From an uncultured Methanocellaceae archaeon (lineage in GTDB: Archaea > Halobacteriota > UBA148), in contig CAYZWV010000001.1 in NCBI GenBank assembly GCA_964482255.1, positions 3,229 to 67,228 on the forward strand: a stretch of 64,000 nucleotides of DNA, in the 5' to 3' direction. This document shows, one piece after another, positions 10,267 through 21,045 of this stretch. A program made the position numbers and the translations under genes. The notes beneath the pieces are model-generated. The model did not search any database. It worked only from the letters and a program-made list of their open reading frames with translations, and was not told the origin of the DNA. How positions within the stretch are numbered: position 1 is the first letter of the stretch; every line of letters begins with the position of its first letter.

Positions 10267-10663
10267 ACTGCAAGGCTAGGATCGCTAGCTGTATTTTCAA
10301 TGTACTTGTCAGGCGTGAATGCGGCGGCAGCTTGCTCAGGAGTTAGTTTTCGACTATGAGAACGATGGCGTCTCTCTACTAGTGATTAACACGATGATCA
10401 TCCTTTCAATATCATCCGAAGAATGTAAATCTGTGCTGGGACAATTATGTTTATCGACTATGTATCTCCTATGGGTTACAACTCTCTCATTACCAGTAAG
10501 CGTGTCATCCGAGAAGTAAACTTTTTCTTGGCTGTTGACCAATGTGTTCTCAAATACTGTATCTTTCGTCGCTTTTACCGTGATCCCAAAGTCTGCGATG
10601 GACCGACTGAACTCACCCTTTTTGATAGATAGACGACGAGTTTAATATATCTTCATCCAGTTT

Positions 10664-12574
10664 CTATCTTCCTGCTGGTACAGTGGGAAATCTATCTGGT
10701 GCGATATGGTCACCGAATTTCTCCCTTGCAGCGATTAACCTTTTCCTCTGCTCCTCCAACGCCTCGAAGATGACTTTGGGCGCCCCTGAAACCTTTGTCC
10801 TGTAAATTTCCACTATCCTGTCGATCTTCGCCAAGTTTTCTTGAACCCTCAGTGCAAACTGCTCTGAGTACTCTTCTTTTGAGTAATCCTTGTTGAGCAC
10901 CTGCATGAACAACTTCTTGAGGTCCTCGTATCTCGGGATCAGGCCCGTGGGCGTTTTTACTGCCCCCACGTCCTTGTGCGAGCGTAGTTCCATCCATTTA
11001 AGCCAGACGCTTTTATCATTTTTATGGTTCATAAATTTCCCATTTGAATCTTTCAAGAAGTAGTTCACAGAGAAGATCCGAGGCGGTTTATTTAAACTGA
11101 CGCCAAAATTCAGGTGATCTTCTATATATTTGCCTATGGGTACGGATAAAAAGTCCAGATTTGACATGGGGTTAAACACCCTTATACCTTCTTTTCCGAG
11201 GATGGCGGCTGTAGTTTCAGATTCTAACGCTGCGCCTTTGGTTATGACGCCATGGACCCAATTAAAAGATTCCTCCACTGGCACCAAAGTGTCAGAATCC
11301 CGACCACCGTAGATCATTCCACTCACTACAACACCTTCGGGGTCATCGAGTTTGGGATCTACATTATCTAAAATCTTTAGGTCAAATGTAAACCTGGCAT
11401 TTTTATTTGAAGGCGGTATTTCTTTGCCTTCTGTATCTCTCTTGCCCAGAAACCACTCACCTGCGTAATTAACACCTTTTTTGGGGCAATCACCATCTTT
11501 ACCAGTCCAGTAAACACCTTTGTCTTCTGTAACCAGTACATTTGAAAATATAATTTCACCAGTATTATGAAGGGCCTTCCATGGCAGAGGATCCTCATTA
11601 GAGTTTATACCTTCTATTATTCCAAATATTCCCTTTTCCACGTTCACTGCACGGATTTTTCCACCTATTTTCCTGAGATATGCTATATCATCACCAACTA
11701 TTGTCTTATCTTCTACCATGGTGGTAGAAGTCTTTCCGCACATAGATGGAAATGCTCCTGTGAAATAACTTACCCTTCCTCCTGGACCATGTACCCCCAC
11801 GATGAACACATGTTCTGTCAGCCACCCTTCTTTTGAAGCTCTATTTATTGCTAGACGCATTGCTAGTTTTTTGAGTCCGATTGTATTGCCGCCATATTGT
11901 GTATTTGTACTATATATGACCTCATCTTGGAGATCGATGTAAACCCTTCGTTTCTCAATATTTTTACTTACAAGCAACCCCAGTCCTGCTTCCTTCAACT
12001 CTCCTTGAGAGTGCACAAACTTGAAAAACCCCTCATAATTACATCTCCCAAGGAATTCCTCATAGCCCTGCCTATACAGTAAATCCTCGCTATGTGCTAC
12101 ATAACTAGAATCAGTGATTTGAACACATGGTATAGTGAACTCAGAGTTCGTCGGCCCCAAGCAGAAAAATTTGATGTATACTTCATGCCCTTCCATGATG
12201 TTTTTTAAAATGGCATGAATCTCTTTGATACCTTCTTCTTTATCTATTGCGTTTATCCTTGGTCCCAAGTCAACACCTTTGGGTAGAAGAAACTTGGTTT
12301 TTTCTTTATCCCTAGCCTGGTCATAATACCCATCAAAATGGATCGTATGCCCCTTTATGGCTAGTTCCGCTTCCTCCATGTTTCTTATTGCTGCTTCTCG
12401 AATATACTGAATATCCTCTGCAGAATTTGTGCAAACAAAAACTTTAGCTGGGTTACATATATCTATATAATTAGCAATGAATTGATGAAGCTTGGGATTA
12501 TTTATCCTGATAAGTTTCTGGTAAGATTTTTCATCCAATCTGGTTTTTAGTATGCTTATAGTTTTTTGATCCAT
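10664..12574 (-). CDS. pckG: Phosphoenolpyruvate carboxykinase (GTP)
   Basis: 636 aa. FPSMCGKTS kinase-1a motif and PEPCK-GTP family N-terminus. Confidence 0.9.
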   Translation of the reverse strand: MDQKTISILKTRLDEKSYQKLIRINNPKLHQFIANYIDICNPAKVFVCTNSAEDIQYIREAAIRNMEEAELAIKGHTIHFDGYYDQARDKEKTKFLLPKGVDLGPRINAIDKEEGIKEIHAILKNIMEGHEVYIKFFCLGPTNSEFTIPCVQITDSSYVAHSEDLLYRQGYEEFLGRCNYEGFFKFVHSQGELKEAGLGLLVSKNIEKRRVYIDLQDEVIYSTNTQYGGNTIGLKKLAMRLAINRASKEGWLTEHVFIVGVHGPGGRVSYFTGAFPSMCGKTSTTMVEDKTIVGDDIAYLRKIGGKIRAVNVEKGIFGIIEGINSNEDPLPWKALHNTGEIIFSNVLVTEDKGVYWTGKDGDCPKKGVNYAGEWFLGKRDTEGKEIPPSNKNARFTFDLKILDNVDPKLDDPEGVVVSGMIYGGRDSDTLVPVEESFNWVHGVITKGAALESETTAAILGKEGIRVFNPMSNLDFLSVPIGKYIEDHLNFGVSLNKPPRIFSVNYFLKDSNGKFMNHKNDKSVWLKWMELRSHKDVGAVKTPTGLIPRYEDLKKLFMQVLNKDYSKEEYSEQFALRVQENLAKIDRIVEIYRTKVSGAPKVIFEALEEQRKRLIAAREKFGDHIAPDRFPTVPAGR

Positions 12575-12604
12575 TTTCTTTCTCCCTTATAACCATGAAA
12601 GTTT

Positions 12605-12766
12605 TTATAAAGTGTATTGTTGAAACCTATCAGGCAAAATGTCGCCCATCTCTGGCAACACGTGAATCTGCATATCTTTCTCATGCAATTCTGACAAACA
12701 AACAAGATAAAATCCTGCAACTTCCTTATGCATACGTTCCACGGTTGTCTTTTCCATGATAACCAT
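12605..12766 (-). CDS. Candidate 53-aa small protein (MVIMEKTTVERMHKEVAGFYLVCLSELHEKDMQIHVLPEMGDILPDRFQQYTL)
   Basis: ORF preceded by AAAAAGGGGAACACCGAC-ATG (SD-like GGGG about 10 nt upstream). Lies between the EndoQ-like gene and pckG, below the ORF-track size cutoff. No homolog recognised. Confidence 0.22.
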   Translation of the reverse strand: MVIMEKTTVERMHKEVAGFYLVCLSELHEKDMQIHVLPEMGDILPDRFQQYTL

Positions 12767-12816
12767 GTCGGTGTTCCCCTTTTGATAGGGACCACCTGTT
12801 ATAAAAATATTCGCCT

Positions 12817-14034
12817 TCAGAAATCAAATAAAGAACTCTGGGCCGTTACATGTTTTTTGATATACTCTTTTGGCAATTCCACTCGCCCATATTGTCCACC
12901 GCCTCCGGGATAAAGAATTATCTGCCCATTCCTAAAAGCCATGATTGCATCATATATGGACGGATTCATCGTATCTAGTTGTTTTATTTTGGCGTCAACT
13001 AAAACCTTTACTTCGTTGCCAAACTTTGCCATTAGGCTGTTCCACGCGTCTGTCACGATCTTGGTGTTCAAGCTAGCATTGAGTGCCATGGCGATGACCT
13101 CTGTCAACGGGATCAATTTGAGATATGCTGGCCTATGCGGTGGATGCTTTGGTTTTTCGTAATCTGCAAGCTCGTTCACTCTATCTCGAACGCCTTTTTT
13201 GATTTTTCCTCCACACGTACATCTCCAGTTATTAATGAGGCACTCATGAAGCGTATAGTGTTTATAGCATCGTATACATGCGCTCTCGTTATATTTTCCC
13301 TCCTCGGGCGGAATGCCCACATTCAATGACGATCCCCTACCCTCTACATTCAAGATCGCTTTTCTGAGCTCCTCATATGAGATTGACTCCATCTTAAACC
13401 TGTTAAACTCCCTTGCAAGACGGATCGGCCATGGGCTGTGGGCATCCGAATTTGTCAGAAATGTCAGATCCTTCAGCTCAGCTATTCTGTCAGCATAGTC
13501 AGAGTCTGCACTCAGCCCCAACTCAATGAAAGATACATGAGAAGTCATCGAACCATAGCAGTCCTTGATACTGTCAAAATAAGCATACATCGCAGTCCAT
13601 GGCGTGAATGCATGGCAGGGGCCGAACAAAGTACCCGCTTCTTTTGCGTACTCAGCGATTTGTTCACCATCCAAACGTATCTTAGGTCGCCCTTCTGAAG
13701 TGATATTGAAAGAATACTTCGCAAATTTTTCGTGAAGCTCCTCAGCCTTGGAGATCGATGGCAAAATCAAAAGGTGATGAACCCTGTTTGAATCTTCAAC
13801 CTCGCAGGTCAATACAAAATGAGTATTGCCGGTGATGAAAGTACCATCATCTATTCGTTCCAATGCCCTGATTTCATTTAGCCATTTGGGGTGTAAACAA
13901 TCACCTGTTCCGATCAGTTCTATGCCCTTCTTTGATGCCCACTTAGTTAACATGGGAAGATTCATCTGGGGGGATGTGGCTGCAGAGTAGTGAGAATGTA
14001 GGTGTAGATCTGAGTTGACTTCCATCAGAATCAT
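12817..14034 (-). CDS. PHP-domain protein with Zn-finger, endonuclease Q-like (TIGR00375-type)
   Basis: N-terminal DLHLHSHYS PHP metal-binding motif. CIRCYKHY...CLINNWRCTCGG Cys cluster. About 405 aa, as for archaeal EndoQ. Confidence 0.55.
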   Translation of the reverse strand: MILMEVNSDLHLHSHYSAATSPQMNLPMLTKWASKKGIELIGTGDCLHPKWLNEIRALERIDDGTFITGNTHFVLTCEVEDSNRVHHLLILPSISKAEELHEKFAKYSFNITSEGRPKIRLDGEQIAEYAKEAGTLFGPCHAFTPWTAMYAYFDSIKDCYGSMTSHVSFIELGLSADSDYADRIAELKDLTFLTNSDAHSPWPIRLAREFNRFKMESISYEELRKAILNVEGRGSSLNVGIPPEEGKYNESACIRCYKHYTLHECLINNWRCTCGGKIKKGVRDRVNELADYEKPKHPPHRPAYLKLIPLTEVIAMALNASLNTKIVTDAWNSLMAKFGNEVKVLVDAKIKQLDTMNPSIYDAIMAFRNGQIILYPGGGGQYGRVELPKEYIKKHVTAQSSLFDF

Positions 14035-14786
14035 CCAATATAGCTCAGATCCTCCTCTATGGGTGATATTGAAGGGGCTTGTTCCATCTCTCTTAGCCTA
14101 GCGATTATCTTCTCCATCTCCTTTGCCCTATCCTCTAGAGCTCCCATGTCGATTTCCATGCTAAGAGCTTGAGATAAGCTTCTCAGTACAGCTTGCGCGC
14201 TTCTGGGATCCACTAAGTATCCAGATGTTTCGCCCATTATGCAGACGGCTTCTATACCTTTTTGCTCACCCATGCCAAGAAGTAATCCCGAGGCGCCTAT
14301 TATGCCACCGCCCGGCTCGTCCTCCTCAAAGGATATACCATATCCTTTCATCTCATCCACCAATTTTATGTTATTTACTGCACCCAAAACCCTTGGTTTT
14401 TCGACCAAATGGCCTACTCCATAACCTCCTAACGTGTAAATTCTGGTCACACCATACTTTTGAGCGATATCCAAATATACCTTAGTCAATTCATAGTGAC
14501 CGATATTAGTGGTGCTCTGATAATCTCCTACCAATATCAGAAGATCATATTTACCACCAGAACATGCATAGACTTCGTTCTTTGCTAGTTTTACCGTACC
14601 GTCACTCATCACTAAAACTTGTGGAGGGAAGTGAGAAGAATGTATCTCAATTATCTTGTCGCCCCCTAACTCTTCTACCATGTGTTCTGCAACTAACTTT
14701 CCCACATGACCAACGCCTGGTAGACCCTCAATCATTATTGGATTTTTTAAAATCACATCTTTAATTTGAACGATGCTGGTTTCCAC
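14031..14786 (-). CDS. Proteasome assembly chaperone (PAC2/PbaA-like) family protein
   Basis: [16 protein letters not shown]-terminal motif. Conserved position downstream of nop10 in archaea. Confidence 0.68.
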   Translation of the reverse strand: METSIVQIKDVILKNPIMIEGLPGVGHVGKLVAEHMVEELGGDKIIEIHSSHFPPQVLVMSDGTVKLAKNEVYACSGGKYDLLILVGDYQSTTNIGHYELTKVYLDIAQKYGVTRIYTLGGYGVGHLVEKPRVLGAVNNIKLVDEMKGYGISFEEDEPGGGIIGASGLLLGMGEQKGIEAVCIMGETSGYLVDPRSAQAVLRSLSQALSMEIDMGALEDRAKEMEKIIARLREMEQAPSISPIEEDLSYIG

Positions 14787-14946
14787 TGTCGCACCTCTCT
14801 TTTTTTATCTGTCTTCTATACTTACCATAGGGATCTTCTGGAGAGAACCTAGGTGGTAATGGGTTTTTTGTTTCATTCCCACAAATCGGGCAAATTTTTT
14901 TGAGGGTATAGATGCCGCATGCGCATTTTCGCATTTTCGATTTCAT
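14761..14946 (-). CDS. nop10: H/ACA ribonucleoprotein subunit Nop10
   Basis: [38 protein letters not shown]: Zn-ribbon plus Nop10 signature. Confidence 0.85.
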   Translation of the reverse strand: MKSKMRKCACGIYTLKKICPICGNETKNPLPPRFSPEDPYGKYRRQIKKERCDSGNQHRSN

Positions 14947-15738
14947 ACCCGATCCCTGTGAAACTCTCCTATACCTTCTGATTTTTCAACTATTTTAATA
15001 GCTGCTTCTGCTACTTTTCTCAGTGCGACCTCGGCTCTTTTGTAGTCTGGAGCAGTAACTCGAATGCGATAGTGAGGTGCACCAACATAATTGACATCAA
15101 TTTCAACTTCTGGTACCTCAACTTTAGAGGCTATGCTTAGTGCCTCCTTGATTACTTCAACACCATTAGGTAGTGGACATGTGAGACTAACATAACCAGC
15201 GATGTCGACGATAGGGAGTTTCACGTTCTCTCTTGCAACTCTTACAATTATGTCAGCATAATCCTTGCTTATTCCGATATCGGTCAAAATACTGCAACCA
15301 CTAACCACCACATCCTCAAATGCTGTGTAGATGTTACCAAACTTTTTCGTCAACTTATCTCCGATATCTTCATATAGTTGATCAACATCTACGCCTGCGG
15401 CTGAAGCGACAAAATTTAGCATTTTTTCGGCTTTTTGCTCATTTTTCCATATATGTATCTTTTCCCTTCTCTGATGCTCATTCACGTCTTTCAGCGATAA
15501 ATCGATATGTCCTCTAGTAGGAACGACGTTTAGAACTTTGCAAACTATCTTCTGTCCTTCTCTAATATGATCACGAATATATTTTATCCAGCCGGATGCG
15601 ACTTCTGAGACATGAATTAATCCCTCTTTGTTTTCATATTCATCTAGACCGACAAATGCCCCAAAATCAACCACCTTTTTTACGGTACATACTACCAATT
15701 CTCCTTGTTCCGGCCACTCTCTACGAATGATTATCACC
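14943..15738 (-). CDS. Translation initiation factor 2 alpha subunit (aIF2-alpha)
   Basis: S1 domain ([16 protein letters not shown]...[10 protein letters not shown]). Likely GTG start overlapping the S27e stop by 4 nt. The longer six-frame ORF extends upstream in-frame but overlaps S27e. Confidence 0.88.
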
Positions 15739-15901
15739 CTATAACTTCTAAGGTCTGCGTTTTGATCTTTGCCTTCCCACCTTTTGGCTCCGCCAGTGTG
15801 CGACCACAAATGAGACATTTTACGATAGAGCTGGCTTTGTTAAATATCACTTGCTCATTCTCGCAATCATTACATTTTACCCTAATAAATTTTGACTCCA
15901 T
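15734..15901 (-). CDS. rps27e: Ribosomal protein S27e
   Basis: [20 protein letters not shown]...[18 protein letters not shown]: C4 zinc finger typical of S27e. Confidence 0.9.
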   Translation of the reverse strand: MESKFIRVKCNDCENEQVIFNKASSIVKCLICGRTLAEPKGGKAKIKTQTLEVIG

Positions 15902-15903
15902 TT

Positions 15904-16182
15904 TTATTCCACCAATTCGAATCTGGATGCTCTGAAACAAGGTCTCTGATGTGTTTTATTGCACTCAGTGCATCTGTATCTCAATGCCACTCTTTTCGTA
16001 GGCTTATCTCCGCCAGGCACCTTGGAAAACTTCCCAAGGTTACCTATGCCCTGTGCCCTTTTCTTCTGCCGCGTAATCCAAGTTAACGTCGAAGCTCTTC
16101 CTTTCTTGACTCTTTCCACCTCGTGCATGGTATGCTTATTGCAATATGGACAATGTGTTTTCAACTCTTTAGGCATCTTCAT
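15904..16182 (-). CDS. rpl44e: Ribosomal protein L44e
   Basis: [12 protein letters not shown]...YRCTECNK matches L44e. Confidence 0.9.
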   Translation of the reverse strand: MKMPKELKTHCPYCNKHTMHEVERVKKGRASTLTWITRQKKRAQGIGNLGKFSKVPGGDKPTKRVALRYRCTECNKTHQRPCFRASRFELVE

Positions 16183-16774
16183 ATTCTTTGCTCCCCATTT
16201 TGACTGGCGTTACTACATGATGATCACACAGGACCTTGGAATTCAATTTCGGTAAAACGATCAAATCTTCCTTTGATAATTGGTAATTTCGACCGTCATC
16301 ACCCACAAACACTGGAATATCTTCTAGCACTCTCACTGTCTTAAACTCCTTCCTTATTTTCACGTTTGAAGGGGGATTAAGTGTTAAAGAACTTTCGCTC
16401 TTGGCCAACTTTGGCCTGATGACGGGATCTAGTATGGTTGCTCTACTTCTCGAGATCAGGTCGGTCAATTGCTCGAATAGCTCTAATTCTTCTGGTGTGG
16501 CGCCTTTAGGGGATTCTTGCGACCCGCCAGCTTTCAAAGATGCCATCTTCACAATCTTGCCAATGCGTCGGTCGAATATGTTCTCGATAACTCGACGTAC
16601 GCTCCGCAATTCATCATCAATTTTCATCGACTGAGGTGCTTCCACCTTATTTTTATCCTCCTCTAACGCTTTGATATATGTACTGACTTGTCCATAAAAA
16701 TCTCGCTCAAGCTCTTGTAATCCTTCAGATCGGCGTTCATTTACCTGAATTAGACGTAAGTCATGAAGGTTCAT
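16169..16774 (-). CDS. GINS subunit (Gins15/Gins51-type)
   Basis: About 200 aa. Conserved genomic linkage immediately downstream of priS. N-terminal helical domain. Confidence 0.55.
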   Translation of the reverse strand: MNLHDLRLIQVNERRSEGLQELERDFYGQVSTYIKALEEDKNKVEAPQSMKIDDELRSVRRVIENIFDRRIGKIVKMASLKAGGSQESPKGATPEELELFEQLTDLISRSRATILDPVIRPKLAKSESSLTLNPPSNVKIRKEFKTVRVLEDIPVFVGDDGRNYQLSKEDLIVLPKLNSKVLCDHHVVTPVKMGSKEYEDA

Positions 16775-17987
16775 ACTCTGCTACCCCCCTACACATCAAA
16801 AATACTGCCAGATGTTCAGTGAGATTTTTTTCACCTTTTTTTAGCACATATACATTATCCTTTATCTCAACATCTATCTTTTTGGTCACATTCACCCTAA
16901 CCATTTCATCTCCAAATACGATGGCATCATTTAATGGATTAAACGTCTCCAGCTCCTCTATTGTCAGTGGTGTTACTCGAAAACCGTATCCGCCATGAAG
17001 GGAAGTAGGGAGGCGAATAAGTCGCTTGACATCAGCGGTTACAGGTTCATCTGGCACTCCTTTACCTATATCTATACTAGGCACGTCCATGCTTATACTT
17101 TCCTTTTCTATGGATTCTTCTGCTAATTTTTTCCAAAACCCTTTGGCACCTCTAAAGGCATCAATACTTCCTTCTTTTTTAATTAATTGAATTCGTTTCT
17201 CGTCTTTAATTTGTTCTAAAAACAATTTCGAAGTTTTTTTGCTAGCAACCTTATAGCCCATCAAAATATCCAGCGCTTTATCTTCAGGCATCTGCCTCAT
17301 AGCAGCCACAAAATCACAAATTGATTTGTTAATCCTTCCATGCCAACCACCCTCCCCATATTTTGGTGCCACGATGCGTTTATAAGCCTTCTCGCGACCC
17401 TTGGCCACTTCTTCACTTCCTCTTTCCATCTCAAAAAATTGATCTATGTCAATTGCACCTTTAACGTAATCCACAATTTCCCTTCTCTCTGGACTTTCCA
17501 ATCCAATCACTCTTGAATCCCGCACATGGATATGGTAACCTCTCCCTCCTGAAAACACGATATCCATATCATTCTCATCGATCGCAAAATCCTTTCTTAG
17601 AAAATCTATGAGCTTAAGCAGCTCTTCTTTTGTTCTCTGGAGCATGTCTCCATAGTTGGTCCATTTCATGGGAAGGTGATCTGCATCGAGATCAAAAATC
17701 AAGTCTGCACCCTCCCATCCCTTCTCTTTCATTGTAGGTGCGCCAGGATATATATAATATGCTGCTGAATGAAACGCATGGGCAGGAGCCATGGTCTTTA
17801 GATAATCGGTAACCTCCCAAGAACTCATAAAGGACTTATGTCTCCTCATCACAATGTCCGGAAACGACTCATCGAAGAATATGAACCCCCACTCTCGTTT
17901 CTCAAGCCTGGGTGGAAGTTGGATGGATGTGGACTGATAATATTCTCTAAATCTTTCTCTGATAAATTCTTTTGTTCGTTCGTTCAC
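16761..17987 (-). CDS. priS: DNA primase small (catalytic) subunit PriS
   Basis: IFDLDADHLP catalytic Asp motif and archaeo-eukaryotic primase fold, 408 aa. Confidence 0.85.
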   Translation of the reverse strand: MNERTKEFIRERFREYYQSTSIQLPPRLEKREWGFIFFDESFPDIVMRRHKSFMSSWEVTDYLKTMAPAHAFHSAAYYIYPGAPTMKEKGWEGADLIFDLDADHLPMKWTNYGDMLQRTKEELLKLIDFLRKDFAIDENDMDIVFSGGRGYHIHVRDSRVIGLESPERREIVDYVKGAIDIDQFFEMERGSEEVAKGREKAYKRIVAPKYGEGGWHGRINKSICDFVAAMRQMPEDKALDILMGYKVASKKTSKLFLEQIKDEKRIQLIKKEGSIDAFRGAKGFWKKLAEESIEKESISMDVPSIDIGKGVPDEPVTADVKRLIRLPTSLHGGYGFRVTPLTIEELETFNPLNDAIVFGDEMVRVNVTKKIDVEIKDNVYVLKKGEKNLTEHLAVFLMCRGVAEYEPS

Positions 17988-17997
17988 AAGTTAATGG

Positions 17998-18810
17998 TTA
18001 GATTTTATACTTATTTGGCTTTTCTATCACATCTTCCAGCTTTATAGGAATTTCAACCCTATGCATGACATCCCTGAAGAGCCTAACTAATATGGGGGCC
18101 TCCAATCCATGCGATTCCAAGAGTTTAGAATCAGTTAAAACCTCTTCTACATCTCCATTTGCGGCTATTTTTCCTTCGAACATCACGATAGCTTTGTCGC
18201 AAGTCTCTGAGACCATTTCTATATCATGGGTTGCAATTATTTTGGTTATATCAAGCCCGTTCAGGAGTTCTATCAGCTTCCTTCTAGCGTTTGGGTCTAC
18301 GTTACTGGTTGGTTCATCCAATATCAAAATTTCTGGGTCCATCGACAATACGGTAGCAATGGATACCCTTTTCTTTTCGCCAAGGCTCATGTGATGGGGT
18401 GCCCTTTTCTCATAGCCAGACATGTTTACCCGCTCTAACGCCATTCTGACTTTTTTCTTTACCTCCTCCTCAGAAAAACCCATATTTATCGGCCCAAAGG
18501 CAACATCATCAAAGACCGTTGGCATGAAAAGCTGGTCATCGGGATCTTGAAAGACCATTCCAACTTTGCTCCTAATCTCTCTGATGTTATCAGCTACATT
18601 CATACCCAAAACTTTGACATTTCCTCTATCGCTTTGAAGAATACCATTCAAATGCAACAGTAGCGTTGACTTTCCAGCTCCATTAAGTCCTATTAGTGCT
18701 ACAGATTCCCCCTCGAGAACATCTAAGTTGATTCCTTTCAGCGCACTCGTGCCGTCTGGATATGTATATTCTAGATCTTTTATTGTAACCACTTTTTTTG
18801 CCGATTCCAA
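17998..18810 (-). CDS. cbiO: ECF/cobalt transporter ATPase CbiO
   Basis: Walker A GLNGAGKSTL, LSGGEKKRV signature, Walker B ILILDEPTS. Confidence 0.85.
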   Translation of the reverse strand: MESAKKVVTIKDLEYTYPDGTSALKGINLDVLEGESVALIGLNGAGKSTLLLHLNGILQSDRGNVKVLGMNVADNIREIRSKVGMVFQDPDDQLFMPTVFDDVAFGPINMGFSEEEVKKKVRMALERVNMSGYEKRAPHHMSLGEKKRVSIATVLSMDPEILILDEPTSNVDPNARRKLIELLNGLDITKIIATHDIEMVSETCDKAIVMFEGKIAANGDVEEVLTDSKLLESHGLEAPILVRLFRDVMHRVEIPIKLEDVIEKPNKYKI

Positions 18811-19578
18811 TTATAACACCGTCCAAATAACTGTGAGGAATGCAAGGAAGGATAACATGAAACAGAGATCGAGCTTTTTCACGTGCAGATCGTCTAGTAT
18901 TTTTATCTTGCCAATGAAGCCCCTAGAAACCATCGCAACATAAACTCGCTCACCTCTTTCATAGGTTCTAATGAACACCATTCCAATTATGTTCCCAATG
19001 GTCTTTATATGCCATTTACTGTTCCCTCCAAAGCTTCTGGCATCTCTAGCGCATTTCATCCGCATCACCTCATCCCCTAAAACGAAGACATAGCGATACA
19101 TGAAAGAGATAACCATAACCATCACTCTCGGCATCCCCAATTTTTCAAAGCCCTTCAAGAGTTCTGGAAATTTCGTCGTGGACGCAAGAGCTAGCATGCT
19201 TAAAACTGAGAGCCATGATTTTGATAGGACGTTGAACAGGATTATCAATCCATCATAAGTCACAGTCAAATGCAAAGATGCAAAGCTGTATGAACCTGCG
19301 ATCTCTCCTTCCTTAAGAAATGGAATGAAAATCGCTATAAGTAAAACAAAAGGAATGATCACCAGTGATTTTTTAAATATAAACCTCAGCGGAACTTTCG
19401 AGGCCAGAATGACACCAAAGATCAAAAGGAAATACAATGGGAAATTTAAGAATTTGATCGGCTGAGTGGAGATCACTAATAGTATGAAAGAGAAAAAAGA
19501 TACTATCTTTATACGTGGATCTAAACGATGTATTATGCTCTCAAGATCGGCATACTTGTCTATGAAATCGTGTTTCAT
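18811..19578 (-). CDS. cbiQ: ECF transporter transmembrane component CbiQ
   Basis: DPRIKI motif, about 255 aa with 5-6 TM. Adjacent to cbiO. Confidence 0.82.
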   Translation of the reverse strand: MKHDFIDKYADLESIIHRLDPRIKIVSFFSFILLVISTQPIKFLNFPLYFLLIFGVILASKVPLRFIFKKSLVIIPFVLLIAIFIPFLKEGEIAGSYSFASLHLTVTYDGLIILFNVLSKSWLSVLSMLALASTTKFPELLKGFEKLGMPRVMVMVISFMYRYVFVLGDEVMRMKCARDARSFGGNSKWHIKTIGNIIGMVFIRTYERGERVYVAMVSRGFIGKIKILDDLHVKKLDLCFMLSFLAFLTVIWTVL

Positions 19579-19813
19579 CTTTAAACGCCTTTTTTATTTC
19601 TATATTAAGTTTCTACTGGCATCTTTCAGGCTTTTCAATAACTTTCTTTTCATGCTGCTTTATGTATGGTATCCAGCGCTCCAATAAAATCTTTAATTTC
19701 TCACTCTTCATGTTAACCATTCTGTGGTCACAAGGAGCGCAGTTTTCACCACATCTTCATCCAACGCAGTCATCCAGCAAATCCTAAAGAAAAAATTGTG
19801 AAGAAAAAAGAGT

Positions 19814-20107
19814 TTACTTCACTGAACTTCTCTTTAACGCTTTCCCAACTCCGTACACGAGTCCAAACATCATCAGAGTTCCTATCAAGCCTGCAAGCGA
19901 AGCTGCCAAGACTTCGTTGCCTATGCCTGGCACGGTGTAATCGGGCATCGGTGAATGAATCACCTCATAACCCTCTCCCAGTTCTATGAAGTCATGATTT
20001 ATTGCAACTCTTTCCAAACCATCTGGGAACGAGGAAGCAAATAGCGAAACCCCTCCGGCAAGCACCAATGCTATGATAAGGCCAATATGCCACCATCTTA
20101 TATCCAT
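19814..20107 (-). CDS. cbiN: Cobalt/nickel transport protein CbiN
   Basis: 97 aa, two TM segments. Operon position between cbiM and cbiQ. Confidence 0.75.
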   Translation of the reverse strand: MDIRWWHIGLIIALVLAGGVSLFASSFPDGLERVAINHDFIELGEGYEVIHSPMPDYTVPGIGNEVLAASLAGLIGTLMMFGLVYGVGKALKRSSVK

Positions 20108-20116
20108 TTATATCAC

Positions 20117-20761
20117 CTATATTTTTTGCAGTTCCAGTAAATCTGGTCTAGACTTTAATACCATTCCCACGACTACCACGGTTATGCCCGCTTCTATGAC
20201 CCCGATTACTGCATGTATGCCTACCATCGCTGGTAATGCAACTTTCAACGGAACAATTCCAGATGCGCTAAGCATTATCGCACACGTCATTGCTCCAAGC
20301 GTCAAAGCGATCCATGCTGCAATCCCTGCACCAATTAGAATCCCTTTGTCTCCACCAATTGCTTTTCTTATTCCTTGGTATATGTAATATCCCAGAATTG
20401 TCCCCATCAATCCCATATTAAATATGTTCGCTCCCAAGGAGGTAATTCCGCCATCCTGGAAGAATATTGCTTGGACGGTAAAAACAGTTGACATGACTAT
20501 TGTCGCAGCGAAAGGTCCAAGGAAGATTGCTGCCAGAACGCCGCCGAGCATATGTCCAGATGTGCCACCTGCAACTGGCATGTTCAGCATCTGCGCTGCA
20601 AATATGAACGCGGCTAGAACGCCCATCATGGGCACATGCTTTTCTCCGAGCTTTTCGTTTGTTCTCTTGACCGCATAGCCGACGATCAATATGGCTATTA
20701 TCCACATCGACATCCATATCGGCGTGCTCAAAAATCCGTCGGGTATGTGCAATTCTATCAC
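20117..20761 (-). CDS. cbiM: Cobalt/nickel ECF substrate component CbiM/NikM
   Basis: N-terminal MIELHIPDG motif (M-H-x-P-D-G metal ligand) typical of CbiM/NikM. Confidence 0.88.
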   Translation of the reverse strand: MIELHIPDGFLSTPIWMSMWIIAILIVGYAVKRTNEKLGEKHVPMMGVLAAFIFAAQMLNMPVAGGTSGHMLGGVLAAIFLGPFAATIVMSTVFTVQAIFFQDGGITSLGANIFNMGLMGTILGYYIYQGIRKAIGGDKGILIGAGIAAWIALTLGAMTCAIMLSASGIVPLKVALPAMVGIHAVIGVIEAGITVVVVGMVLKSRPDLLELQKI

Positions 20762-21045
20762 CCTATTTTATTGATATTGCCCTTTTTTTACATTTCATGG
20801 AGAGTTAGCGATTGTATTGATGACACATTCATGATCATTTAACCCTCAATGAGTTAATTGTCACCATTGGTAATAAATTTTTTCCTAAGGATAACACTAC
20901 GTTTTAATAATATTCTTTTTTATGCTAAAATTTTTGAAAACTGAAAATTGTTGTTACTAATAATATTTTTTGTATGTTTGTAATATTACTAACCAAAACA
21001 TATTTATTACATAAAGGGGTATACCATGGTAACAAGAGGAGGTTA

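Noticed and set aside
10319-10632. Two overlapping plus-strand ORFs (66 and 61 aa) in the ferredoxin-pckG gap
   Set aside because: No SD, odd composition and mutual overlap. They are more likely chance ORFs in a promoter region.
12556-12795. 79-aa ORF from the six-frame track
   Set aside because: Overlaps the pckG start and the upstream gene end. Cys/Trp/Arg-rich. An alternative 53-aa frame with an SD is more plausible, though still weak.
19579-19813. Possible cobalamin riboswitch upstream of cbiQ and downstream of cbiN
   Set aside because: No B12-box-like conserved core was seen. Riboswitches of this class are not established in archaea.
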